From Heteronotia binoei (lineage: Eukaryota): a DNA stretch of 64,000 nt. Location of the stretch: positions 125,426,001 through 125,490,000 of the forward strand of contig NC_083226.1 of assembly GCF_032191835.1 (NCBI RefSeq), given 5' to 3'. The position numbers were made by a program, and so were the translations under genes. Each line of letters starts with the position of its first letter. The first letter of the stretch is position 1. Below the pieces are notes generated by a model. The model was not told where the DNA came from and did not search any database. It saw only the letters and a list, made by a program, of their open reading frames with translations. Shown here in pieces: positions 13,030 through 26,114 of this stretch.

Positions 13030-13313
13030 AAAGGAAAGATCCCCTGTGCAAGCACCAGTCATTTCCGACTCTGGGGTGAAGTTGCTTTCACAATGTTTTC
13101 ACGGCAGACTTTTTACGGGGTGGTTTGCCATTGCCTTCCCCAGTCATCTACACTTTCCCCCCAGCAAGCTGGGTACTCATTTGCCGAAGTTGGAAGGATG
13201 GAAGGCTGAGTTAACCTTGAAAACCCAGCTTCCACCGGGGATCGAACTCAGGTCATGAGCAGAGCTTAGGACTGCAGTATTGCAGCTTTAACACTCTGCG
13301 CCATGGGGCTCTT
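13030..13313 (-). mobile_element. Sauria SINE (Squam1-like; tRNA head, Bov-B/RTE-like tail)
   Basis: Reverse complement begins GAGCCCCATGGCGCAGAGTGTTAAAG, has B box GAGTTCGATCCC and the GGGGAAGGCAATGGCAAACCAC RTE-like segment. Confidence 0.85.
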
Positions 13314-14164
13314 TTCAATAAGGACAGGCATCCAAAATAAGACTGGTGGGTGTGATTTGCTCTGGAAATAATTGCCTCTCAGCCACACTGCACATTACGT
13401 AAGAGATCCACAATAGAAGCTCCTGATACATTTTTAACCTTATGAAGGTTGAGGCTGTGATACTGGGGGAGGTGGTACAACTCCACCTTCTCAAACTGCT
13501 TTTAGCCCAGTAGAGAAAAATGCAGGTACAGTATAGGCAATTCTCTTTTTCTCTAACCAGGCTAACGACTGCTTAGGCGACCCAGTTTCCACAGGGAAAA
13601 TGGCCTGGGGTATAATCTTAACCCCTGCCCACCAACATTGTAGCCTCACTCTAAACACCCCTTCCTGGTTGCTTTTTTAGTTTCCAAAAGTACATAAAGT
13701 TTGCCCTCAGAATGTTGTATGTCAGTTACTTTCACCACATATCAGAATGCCATTTTCTCATTCAGACTTCATGCTCAGTCAGACTTCAACAAGAAGCTGT
13801 TGAACGTAACATATTTAAAATGTTAAGGGCCAAAACATAACTGGAGCTTACCAGCATCTTTTAATGCTACAGCTGTGTGGGCCCTGATACCAGCTGGGCC
13901 AGTTTAGGACAAAAACTTGAGTAATTAGGGAAACCACTTTTACAAGATTTCCCTGATCAAAATCTTCCCTTTCCCACACTGTTATAGCCCTTTAAAGGGA
14001 AAAAGACAGGCACCCACCCTATTATGGACTAATAAAAAGCACAAGAAAGCTGGCTTTGGTTAGAACAGAAGTTGGAAGGATTTAAACCCCTGTTCACATC
14101 CATTTTAGCACCAATATGAATCAAGCCTAGGCAGGTGTAATTTGACTGTAGGACAGAAGGAGAT

Positions 14165-14398
14165 TTTTCTTGCTTGCTTGCTTTTTTTCATTGGACTTTT
14201 CTCCAATGGCAACCTCAAGCAGCTTACATAATTCTCCTCTTCTTCATTTTGCCCTCATATTGACCCTGGAAGGTAGGTTGGGCTGAGATTGTATGATTGG
14301 TCCAAAGTCACTCACTGAGCTTCCATGGCAGAGTGGAGATTTGAACCTGGATCTCCCAGATCCTAGTCTGATACTGTAACCACTACACTACACTGGCT
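14165..14398 (-). mobile_element. Older tRNA-derived SINE (Squam3/MIR-like)
   Basis: Reverse-complement head AGCCAGTGTAGTGTAGTGGTTACAG..CCAGGTTCAAATC; L2-like tail. Confidence 0.7.
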
Positions 14399-16535
14399 CA
14401 ACTGTGCCAACATATTTGCCCTTTTCAGAAGTACATCTCCTGTTCATAGTTCTCTTCAAACGCAGCAAACTTGTTTTCCCCACATGATAATGCCTTTGGA
14501 AGAAAGGATTCCCCTTTTCTTGTGTTTGTACACTTACCCATTAACAAAAGGAGGAATGAGGCTAGACACCACAGTAATTGCTCTGAAAATGTTATATTGG
14601 TACACAGCTTATGATAATGATTTATCTGTCTCCAAGAACTTTGCTGAGCAGAGATTTGAACCTGCATCTCCTTCAGTCAACCTAACATGTTATCCACTGT
14701 TTCACACTTCTTTTCTTTTTTTACTGTTCTAGGAACTAAAATGAACTGATTTCTGTGACTATATCATATGTAGCAACTTGCAATTTCTGGGTTGCTTTCA
14801 TGTGGGTAGCCACTGGCAGTTGCTTGACTCTTGGTCTCTGTCAGGGTTATGATTTGCCACATCCTGGCATAACCTTATTCCCAAAGCAGGCACTTTCAGT
14901 TTTGGTTTCATTGTTGGCATAGGTCAGGATATTTACAAGCTCAAATTTACAACCCAGAAAATTTATCACAAGGTGCTTTCGCCATGTTGTGTGTGCAGCC
15001 CCGTATCTAGCAACTTTTTGCTTAGGGGGCCCAAGTGGGGGCTGCTATTATATGACTATGTGGAGCTGTCACACCATGCTCATAAATAACCAATAAATAA
15101 ATAATAAATACAAGTGGTTTATTGCATAAAATGTTTCAGGGTTATTATTATTGTTACAAATAAAAGTGGTTTACTTGTAAGCCAAAATGCCCTCAAAACG
15201 AGGTTGGGGAATTGTCAGGTGGGCACCTGGCTTAATAAGGATCTTTTATCTGTGTATACAGGATTCCATGTCCAGAAATTAATGCTTAATTCTACCAAGG
15301 ACTCCAAATTAAGTAAAACAATTACAATTTATTTTAGAAAATATAGGCATACATACAAGGCAGTGTGCACATGAAACATACATACAGTCCTAAGAAAAAT
15401 AGAGAGAGAGATAGAGACAACACATGGATAGACAAACAGGGTGATAATTCCCTATCGTAGTCTTCAAGGAAGGCTCCAATGGCGACGAAAGAGGACGGGG
15501 GAAATGGGACCCTCAACTGTGGCCAGAATCAGGGATGGATCTAGACAGCGGAACTGGGGTACTGCTAGATGCACACGTGAGTGGAGTTGGGTCAGAAGTT
15601 AAATAAACTACCTTAGACCCTCAGGGGTGGATGACAGGTGGTCAGCTGGTACATCACCTCAGAAAAGGGGAGGCTCTGCAGTGACCATAAGGGCTGGACT
15701 AGTGCAGTAGCCAATAGCCAGTTAATTGGCAACCCCTGATTGGACGCTCATAGCTAGCCAATGAGTGGACTTGGCCTTAGTTACCTGATTGGCTGTCCAG
15801 GTAGCGATGGGCCAAGGGGGAGGGCTCCAGGATGACTGTTGGGGGAAAGAATGGGGGAAATTACTGGGTGGAGGTGTGCTTAAGACTATTAAACTTATCT
15901 TAAAAGGTGACAATAGATGGCCAAATTGCTACCTAAGGAACACCCAGTTTACACAAAGGAACTTGGCTGTGGCTGAAGATGGTCTTCCTCTTGTTCAGTC
16001 TTCTTCTTGGCACCAGTCTTTGTCTTGAGTTCCATTAGACAAAGGCTTAGGCGGTCTGGCAGGATCCATGCGTAAGATAAGCTTGATTGCCTTATGCAGA
16101 AGTTGAAGCAGCTGTTGGATACGTGAGTTTCTTGCTTTGCTGTAATGGAGTCAGGAAAACAAGATGGATTCTGGTGGTGTTAGCCTTTGGTTCATGGAAA
16201 CAGGCTAGAAACTGTTTGGCTGTACAGTTCATGGCGGCGTGGCTTCTTCCACTGCAGTGGCCAAGAATGGGCATGCAAGGAGCAACTGGAAGCTTGTCTG
16301 TAGTTCTGGCTAACACCCATCCAGAGATGTAGAATGCTGCTGCAAAGCTGAGGCTTATAGTATCCGCATAAGCCTTAGAAACCGTGGGCAAAGTCCACTT
16401 CTTAGAGCAGATGTGTGCGAGTCAAAACTCCAGGCACCTTGGCAACCACACTGGTGATCACGATGTCCTTGTTATGAAAAGTAGGGGGCTTTTTCTTACA
16501 TACTGCACAATAATATTTCAGACCACCATATATCA

Positions 16536-16854
16536 CAGGGGTGGCCAAACTGTGGCTCAGGAGCCACATTTGGCTCTTTCACACATATTGTGTGGCTCTC
16601 AAAGCCCACACTGCCCCATTGGCCAACTTGGAGAAGGTATTTCTCTCTTTAAAATACTTCCCCAAGCCAACCAAGCTGGTAGCTTGGAGAATGCATTTTA
16701 AGTTGCTTTCTTTCCACCTTCCCCCAATCTATTTGCCTTTCTTCCTCCCTTCCTGCCGTCCCTCCCCATGGCTGTCAAATATCTGACATTCATGTCTTGT
16801 GGCTCTCAAACATATGACATTTATTGCATGTGGCTCTTATGTTGGCCATCGCTG
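16536..16854 (+). mobile_element. hAT MITE
   Basis: CAGGGGTGGCCAAAC ... GTTGGCCATCGCTG with perfect 8-bp TSD ATATATCA. Confidence 0.9.
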
Positions 16855-17324
16855 ATATATCATATCCCCCCACATTCAAGGGATTCTCTCCTTCTAGGGA
16901 ACATGTGCTGGGTCCTGGTTCAAAGAGCAGTTCTTGTACCTGTTGCTCAAAAACCAAGTGCCCCCACAATCACACAGACAGAAACAGAACATCACTATGC
17001 TCTGACACCTTTAAGACCAATGAAACATTATTCAAAGTAGAAACTTTTGTGTGCAAGCACACTTCTTCAGATACGAACAATCAAATAAAATATCCTCAAG
17101 TCCTATTGAAAGCACACTGCAACTTTGCATCTTGACTTCTTTATTTTAAATAGTCCTTGTATGCTTTTATATGGATATAACATTCAAATTCTGTCTGAAC
17201 AGACAAGCTTTGACACTTGAAACCTTAGATTCCCAAAACCAAGACAAATCAATCACTGGACACACCAAGATATGCTTCAACATTGTATATGCTGTTAAAT
17301 GCCAGCAATTCCTGTCTGATTCAG

Positions 17325-17462
17325 TAGTAGAAGAAGATACTGGATTTATATCCCACCCTATTTCTCTGAATCTCAAAGTCTCAGAGCAGTCACAATCTCC
17401 TTTATCTTCCTCCCCCACAACAGACACCCTGTGAGGTAGGTGGGGCTGAGAGAGCTCTCATA
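17325..17462 (-). mobile_element. Gecko Squam3-like SINE, 3' half
   Basis: Matches the 3' half of the 6957, 29113 and 34047 copies. Confidence 0.8.
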
Positions 17463-18733
17463 TAAGGCAGCTTCATGTGTTTTCATGTGTGTGAGTGAGC
17501 TGGCGTACCCTTCAAAGAAGTTATTATTAGACATTTTACATAGTGAAGAACTCCTCGAATTTAGGGATTGTAGATGCACTCTAGGTAATAAGGGGAACTC
17601 ATTTTTAATATAGTTTTCTCATTTTAAAAAGATTTTTTTCTTTTTCAGTGTGGCCTACACAAGGTGGCTTGAAAAAGAAAAAAAGAGACAAGATTTACAT
17701 CACCCCCAGGCAGTATTTAAAATAGATGGAATGTAGTCCAAGCAGAGGCCTGAAAACAAAACAAGCAATTGATCTGGCAAACGGTCATTTTATAGCCATG
17801 AAGGTATGAGCAAATGTTAATTTCAGGGAGACAGGATAGCCAGCTGGAATTCTGAATCTCAAATTTCACTAAGCAAGCCAGAGCTAATAAAACCAGCATT
17901 GAGTTAAAATGCTTGACATTAGTCTGCATTGAAAACACACCAAAAGGAAAATTACTGAAAAGACAACCATAAAACAAGAATGGGACAACAGCAAGTCTGC
18001 CCCCCCCCCCCAAAAAAAACAAGATAGGGAAGGTTTTAGATGTCTCAAAATAGCTGTTACTGGTGAAGAGGCATACACTTTGTTTCAGTCAGACAAAGAT
18101 CCCAGCAAATTGCAATCCTTACAAAGCCACCCCCCTCCCGCCCTCACCAGCCACTCTCAATCTAACTCACCTGGAGTCCAATCCAGAGGAGACTTAAAGA
18201 GTTTGCTTTGCTTCCCGGGCAAACTCCAGCGTTCTGTAGAAAGGATGAAGGTGGAAAGAGGAGGGGGAGGGAAGCCAAGGCTGTGGGAGGGCACAGGAAT
18301 GCAAGGAGGCACTGCCCCCTCCAGCCCTTTGAGCCGTACGGCGCTGTGTGTGTGTTTCCAGAATTGCTCATGTATCTCTGGAACCATCAATATAAATTAG
18401 ATTACTGAATCTCAGGATGTCACTATGCAAAAGCACCCATATCTGCACATGGAATCTTTGTTCCTAAAATTTGATGCAGCTTGAACACTGTACCATTTGG
18501 CTACTATGGTACATAGAGATAAGCTTCATCTTGTTTGCAGTCCTCAGGTACATTGTGGAACTTTCCATATAAGAGTTATTTTTTTGTTATATACCAGTTC
18601 AGATGTTCCTTCAGCTGTTTCTGGTGCTGAGTTGCCCTGTCAAAAAAATATCTCCCCTTCTTGATGTGCACTGGTATTGGTTTAAATCTTTTAGCTGATG
18701 TTTTGTCTGAGTGTGCATTTCTGGGGGCTCTAT

Positions 18734-18897
18734 NNNNNNNNNNNNNNNNNNNNNNNNNNNNNNNNNNNNNNNNNNNNNNNNNNNNNNNNNNNNNNNNNNN
18801 NNNNNNNNNNNNNNNNNNNNNNNNNNNNNNNNNNNNNNNNNNNNNNNNNNNNNNNNNNNNNNNNNNNNNNNNNNNNNNNNNNNNNNNNNNNNNNNNN
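18734..18897. other. Assembly gap (164 N) over the MEF2C last-exon acceptor
   Basis: N run; the MEF2C frame resumes immediately after it. Confidence 1.
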
Positions 18898-19095
<198 letters not shown>

Positions 19096-19127
19096 TAACA
19101 TTATTAGCTATTAGGGTTTTTTTTCCT

Positions 19128-19131
<4 letters not shown>

Positions 19132-19158
<27 letters not shown>
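19132..19158 (+). repeat. (GT)n microsatellite in the MEF2C 3' UTR
   Basis: Direct read: about 13 GT units. Confidence 0.95.
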
Positions 19159-19934
19159 CTATACCTTAATGGGGAAAAGGGAGGGAGGGGTCGATATCCA
19201 TTTATGTGCTGTGTGTGGGGGGGGGGGAAGTCAGGTACTCTGTTTTGTAAAAGTACTTTTAAATTGCCTCAGTGATACCATATTAAGGATAAACAGCAAT
19301 GCTGAGATAAGCTTCGCACTTGAGTTGTACAACAGAACATGTGTACAAAGTAGGTTTTAAGGTTAACTTCTTTTCACCGTTGTGCTCCCTTGCAAACTGT
19401 ATGTTACAATAGATAGTGTCATGTTGCAGGTTCAACGTTATTTACATGTAAATAGACAAAAAAAAGGAAACATTTGCCTACTATGGCAGATCTTTACTGA
19501 GAGAGAAAGCAGCTGTTATGCAACATATAGAAAATGTACAGATGTTGTGGGAGACCCAGGTATTGGGTGACCAAGAAAAGAAGATGGAAAAATCTAGGTC
19601 ATCCAATATATCTGAAATGTTCACAAATGCCTAGGCATATTGTTAGAGTATGGCACTCAGTTAAACGGATCAAAAACTTTTAAAAGAGAATCATACTTAT
19701 AAAAAAAATGTTTTTAGTTTGAGGGCTAACCTATTTAATTTTTAAAATACTGGGTCTGCATCACTTATTAAATAAAATATAAAAATATGTAAATTACATT
19801 TTCCTTATTTTCATATTAAAAAGTAAGAGAGTTTGCAAAGCATTGTGGCTTTTTGTAGTCTACTTAAGCCAAAATGTGTTCTTTTCCCCCTCCATAGCTT
19901 TGCCAATATTTTAAACAACCCTGAAAGAAACAAA

Positions 19935-20137
19935 NNNNNNNNNNNNNNNNNNNNNNNNNNNNNNNNNNNNNNNNNNNNNNNNNNNNNNNNNNNNNNNNNN
20001 NNNNNNNNNNNNNNNNNNNNNNNNNNNNNNNNNNNNNNNNNNNNNNNNNNNNNNNNNNNNNNNNNNNNNNNNNNNNNNNNNNNNNNNNNNNNNNNNNNNN
20101 NNNNNNNNNNNNNNNNNNNNNNNNNNNNNNNNNNNNN
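19935..20137. other. Assembly gap (203 N) in the MEF2C 3' UTR
   Basis: N run. Confidence 1.
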
Positions 20138-23100
20138 TAATAGCAGAAGTTTTTGTTATCTTAATAGTGGGGGAATTATATTTGTGCAGTTGCACATTTA
20201 AGGGGTTTTTTGTTTTTCTTTTAATCTGCATACATTTACAGAATCAGTCAGCTGTTGAAGGCTAATCTGCAAAGATTAGAATTTTCTCTTCCTATAGCAT
20301 CCCATTCATTCTAATCCATCTGCAATCAATTTGGTGAACCATTGTATATACTGATTAGTTCCGGCATACTGGTCTGTACATTTGACCAAGGTCCCCTTTT
20401 TACCTCATATCTTGAGTATCTTGTGGCTTTCTGCTGATTTAAATCATAACGTGGCTTATCTTTGTCCTCATTCCATAAATTCAACTGAATTGGCATCCTT
20501 TCATTATTTGCTCTGATGTGCACCTGGAAGATGTACCATATTTTCAAATTTATGGAAGTGTAGAGTTAACATAAAAGTGAAGATAAAAGTTCAGTGATGA
20601 GTTACCCAAACACCCCAAACCAACTCTGTTTATCCCAAGGCACAGTTTGATGCCTCAGAGATATGGGTGAGAATATTCAAATATAGATAATCAATGCTAT
20701 CTTAGACAATATAATGGGAGATAAGAACAGCAGTATGGTCAAGGCCATCAGTTCTGAAGCTCAGGGTGATTATAAATTTCAGGTTGCTGTAGTCTTAAGG
20801 TTTATTCACATGTGCACATATATACTCGTAGTGCAATCCTCTAAAGTTGTGTCAGGCAAAACCTGCTAAATTCATGGAGCTTAGACCTCCGAGCTTAGAC
20901 TCTGCACAGGATTGTGCAGTCACTTATTAAACATTGAGTAACCAAGTGATTATTGATTCTTAGCTGTGTGAACTATTTTCATTGAAAGGTGCTTGACATG
21001 ACATCTATGGTTAGTCATAGACTGTAAGTGATTAACATGTATGTCTAGACATGCCCATTCAGGAAATTATAGGAGCTGAACTCTACTACCTTGTTGAAGC
21101 AGGTTTGAGAAATCTCATTCATAATAAAATATGTGGATACTAGCTAGATGTTTCACTTCTCTAACCCTCTGAAGATATACTTAATGAGATCATCATTGTT
21201 TTAGTAAATCTCCATTATTATTATTCAGAAGGAACATTTTTGAACCATTTTGGTTCTACCCTACTTCCAACCCAGAAGAGTCATTTTGAAAAAAGAAAAA
21301 ACTGCAAGAAAAGGATTAAAGTCCTGGCTAACTAATGTTCCTCCATTCCTCATAGCAGATTCCTGATTGTCTTTTTAGAAAAGCAGTAGAAACATCTAGT
21401 TGACCCTTACATAGTCATGTTATCAGTATAGCACGAGAAAGACAAAAGCCTTCATCTTAAATGCATTTTTCCCCTTGTGCAGAATTTTAAAGACAAGTGA
21501 CCAGTGAGATAATTTAATAGAATAGAACTTGGGGATCAATTCTTACTCCCTAACTCAAAATGTGTGGCAGCTTTTTATGGCCACTCAGTAATGAGTGAGA
21601 GGCATTCTGCACATGGTAATTCACTCATATCTGTAATATTTCTTCATACGCTTGAGCTCTGGTACTCAAAAGTCATGAGGCTCAACCCTCATCACACCTG
21701 TCTCATATTAAGCTCTACTAGTCGTACATTATATTTTTGTGAGGTGAAATCTGAGTAATTCCTTTCAAACATTTCAGTGCTAGAAGACAGCTGGTGCTGT
21801 CTCTGTTCCTGAAATGGGTCTCCCTCTCATTTAGAGTTATTGCAACTATAAAGAACTGTAAGTCGAATGTTATGGGATACCTGTTCTTTATCACCCATAA
21901 ATACATGCAGATAGCTGAACAATAGTTTTCCTATATCGTTTCTGCATCACTCTAATCTGAAACTGGACAAAGTGAATGTAACTGGCTTACTGTTGGCTGT
22001 GAACTGTATCAAGAGTTTTCTCAAGGTTATGAGGTTCTGGGCAGTGTAATAGCCAGCCACCAATAATGAGCATGACTAATACAGGTGAAGCTTGCCATAT
22101 TTCTCCCATCATTTTTATGCCATGATACCTACTTGCAAGTTCCTGATTGTGCTGACATTATCAGCCAGCAACCCTAGCTTCCTGGTCTGTGATGCTGTAC
22201 TGGTTCAGCAGTTGCTTTGTCCCAACCTAAGTGTTTATTGGCTGGCACAGCAAATCTTAGGAGGACACCGAGACCAGGACATTATCACATATATTCATGG
22301 TAAAGAAAACAGTTCTGATAATTCATCTAACAGTGACTTGCAAAATATATGCATGCATTACAAAACAGAGAGAATGGGGCCAATAGTTGATTTTAGAAAC
22401 CCAAATTGGGTTTCCAAGATAGTTCCCTTATCTTAACCCATGCCAATACTGGTCTACATCTGATTTTTTTTACTTCTATGAAATATGCAAATATGTCACA
22501 ACTGTACCTTCTCATTCTTCAAGAGAAACAATCCTTGGTTTATCACTATTGGGTAATGTCAGTGGGATTGGTGGGGATCAGTCTGAATTAGAACAGTAGC
22601 CATATGAATAGTTTACCTTGCAGGTTGCCTAAACTACAAAAGAAAAAGAAAAACTTGAATTTTTGTTGAAGGAGAGTAGAGATTAAGGATTGTTGGCCCA
22701 TTGCACCTGTTTGCAGACAAGCAAGCTCATACAACTAGGCAATTGGCCGCTGTTATGACCTTGGTTTTTAAACAGCCACTGAACTGAATCATGTGACAAT
22801 GGACACCAGTTTCCCTCTTCTTTCTGCTACCAAGCTGTCTCAAGTATTAGCAGGCAAGGAAGTTAAGGTTAATTCATACTTGTTGATGGATTTAATAAAA
22901 GAAGCACAACTTTTAATCATGACATTGCTTTCTAGAAATTCTAGCTGTCTGTGTTTAGGTATTCCCTCTGCCTGTACCTTAACCATCTATTGCATTTGCA
23001 AAAGCTACTGTGGGGGCTTATTGTGTGATTTCCTTTATATTTAAGCAGTTTGGGGCAGCGCCTCAAAAGAGTATTCACATAAACTTTGGTCCAGGCAGTA

Positions 23101-23413
23101 TAAAGTGACTTGAGATACCTCAGAGGCATCTCCTCCCTTTCTTCTTTGGAAAGGTGTCATAAATGAAATTCTGAATCCTGATTGCTGGTGGCGATGATAT
23201 GATATACACAATCTGCACAAATTTGTATATTGTATGCATGGATGCCTTTCCCGGAGAAGTTTTTTGACTCATTTAAATGTTTTTTCAAAGTTGTTTTTTG
23301 TAACCAAATTGTTTCTATTTTCCCCGGAAGTGGAATTTAAGAATTTTTAATGATTAATATAAAGTTATCTGCTGTTTCTCAGAGCTTTTTTTCAGGTAAA
23401 GCTTAAAAGCAAG

Positions 23414-23419
23414 AATAAA
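23414..23419 (+). terminator. Candidate MEF2C polyadenylation signal AATAAA (alternative at 23623-23628)
   Basis: AATAAA in AAAAGCAAGAATAAAACAAC at the end of a U-rich block, with T-rich sequence downstream. Confidence 0.55.
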
Positions 23420-25427
23420 ACAACTGCTGTGCTGTTTTCAAGGATGTCACAAACCCTTTTTTATCTTTTTTTATCGTTTCCGTTTGTCTTTGCCTATATA
23501 CCCGTCATCTTAGTAGACAAAACAATGTGATTTGGTTTTTTCTCCTCTTTTTTCCTTGCCCGAGAAGGCAAATGCTTTGTCATTTCGCGTGCCCCCCCCC
23601 AAAAAAAAGCACTTGAAACCTCAATAAAGGCTGTTGCCTAAACACAGCATACTTCATTTGCTCCCGTTTTATGCCATCTGCAGTGACATCCTCACTTCTG
23701 TGGCCTTCATTTCCTGCCATCACACATCTCTTGAAGGTCTGATGGAACATTGGTGTCAGTTGAGAATGCTTCACTGTCAACATAATAACAGGCTTTTGTG
23801 CATATATTTTAACCAAAGATGTGGAGCAATCCAAGTGCTGAGTTATATACTTTTCTGTGTCAGATTCCCTGTTTGATTATCATCATAATTAGGTAGTTTG
23901 GTTTTACTGTTCCCTTTCATACCTGCAACTGACCCATGCCTCAATTTGATTCAAAGAGGTCAGCTCAATGAAACCAGCATTGTTGCCCTCAGAGTCACTG
24001 CTATAGGCTTGCATTACACCACAAGGCATTTGACTTGGATTGCTTCAGATGATTTGCTTCTATTACATTTTTTTCTGGGGATCTGTTTCCATTCAATCAG
24101 TGATAATTTAAAAACATCCTTTAAATGGGGCATACAAGCATTTTGCAAGAAACTTTAAAGGCTTACAGCGGCATAAGCTGGACTTTGTCGCCACTAGATG
24201 ATGAAACATTATAACTAAGTTAGAATCACATCTGTGTATCTCAAGGGACAATTCAGCTGTCTGTAGTGAACAAAAAATGGGAAAATTTCAAATGTTTCTT
24301 CTGCTGAAAATAAGGTATAATTTGTATTTTGCAGCCAATCAGTAAAGTTACTGGCTTTCTTAGTGACACAGTGTCTCTGGTGCATTTTTTTAAATTGAGA
24401 AAGTAATGCTGTGCTGGCCAGTTAGACATCATTGCACATTTAGGGGTTGCATGTCCAAACATTGATGTCTTGCCAATAATTTGAAAAAAAATCCAGAAGA
24501 TCAGGGCAATATGCAGTATTCCAGTTCGCAAAGGGTCCATTTCCTCCATTCTAGTGTCACTCCACAATTGCAGAAGAAATGGGCTTGTGAATGAATCATT
24601 AAGTGCTAGAACAGAAGGTGTTCTGGAGATCTTAAAGCAACATGGAATGACCATCAGGTATTATAACCTAGCAGTCTTAAAATTACTCTTTTAAAAATCC
24701 TCTTAGCTATCCGTCATATCACAGAAAATAAACATAAAACATTTGATTTTGCTCAGCCAAGGAGAATCTAGTGCTATAATGGTAAAATCTAAATTGATCA
24801 GTTCATGGATGGGATACCAGTGGATGCCCCGCATAAAATGGTCTTAGCTTTCTACAGAATGAAATATGCAAGCACTACAATAATTGCAACACTTTCCTGG
24901 AAAGGAGGGTAAAATGGGTTGTATCAAGACAGTTTTTCTGCTGGGGAGGGAGGAAGGGTTCCCTTTGACTGAAGTGGGAACCATGGGACCAGCATGCACA
25001 AAAGCCTTGTGGGATGGGGGCTGTAGTAAGGGGGACGGAAGTCAAAATTAAAAATTTGGCTCACTCCAATCCACTTGCAATACCAAATTCCGGTTACATC
25101 AAAGATGACTTCTTTTCATAGCTTCCATTCCATAGCTTCCCCCAATCTCCCATTTCCTCTGAGTTCTCCAGGAAATGTAGTTGATCAATCCACCTGCTGT
25201 TATAACTGAAGATCAATGTGTTGGTGAAAAGGGATCGCAACCTGCAGATAACTGGATGCAACACATAATTATGTGTGAACTTTCTAGGAACAGTCCTCAG
25301 AATCATAACTTCTAAGTGGTTCAAATAATTGACTGCCAGAAGTGGAAAACAAATCCAAGTAACTCCCTTCCTGGGGAATTTCTCTAATATACCTTTCTTT
25401 ATATTACTAAGAGTTAACTATATGGTA

Positions 25428-25829
25428 TGCCCAACACATGTTGGGTCATGGGTGTGCAACTGGACTATCAGTCAGACATACATTGAGGGAACTTACCTTC
25501 AAAAGTGCTTGTTTGCTTTGTGCTGCAAGGGAGCATTGTGAGAGGGAAGAAGGAGCTTCTGGTTCACCTTTCATCCTGCTTTCACCAGTGGAAAAAGGTA
25601 GGAGTCTTTTGCCCCTTTTCTCTGGCTCCATATATCTTTCTCAGTGCCCATGGAGCAAGAAGAAAGGGGCAACAAGTTCCCTTTCTACTGGTGAAATGAA
25701 TGGGAGAAAACCAAAAGCTCCTTCTGTGTTTTCTCACAGCACCATGCAAACAAGCTTTTTATTACAGGTCCCCAACTTGTATTAATGACAGTCCAGTTGC
25801 ACACCAATAACCCAACATGTGTTGGGTGT
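25428..25829. mobile_element. Fold-back MITE-like element
   Basis: About 45-bp terminal inversion CCCAACACATGTTGGG..GGTGTGCAACTGGAC, plus an inner inversion GAAGGAGCTT..TTTCACCAGT. Confidence 0.6.
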
Positions 25830-26114
25830 GTTGTATAATTTGGCCGTAAGGGTCATTGGCTGGCAGCAAAGTGCAAGACCAGGCCCATACCCTAGTAATA
25901 TGACATGTGGTGACCACAGTGAGATAACAGAAGCCAAATGTTCCTGCATCTTCATTATATTTGACATGGTCCCTAGAATTCATTTTGGACCTTCTCTCAC
26001 TTCTTCCAATTTCTGTCCTGCATGGTATATTGTGATTTCTTTACCACATGCCCAAGATCTCATTTTCAGCTTGAGCTGACGCTGCACAACACTAACACTG
26101 GGAAGCCTTTAAGA

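Larger units (their letters stand above)
19096..23650 (+). other. MEF2C: MEF2C 3' UTR (3' end approximate)
   Basis: Follows the stop. The proximal part (TTGCAG(TG)nCTATACCTTAATGGGG...GTCAGGTACTCTGTTTTGTAAAAGTACTTTTAAATTGCCTCAGTGATAC...) matches the conserved mammalian MEF2C UTR as I recall it. AT-rich, no TE copies recognised, AATAAA at 23414 and 23623. Confidence 0.8.
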
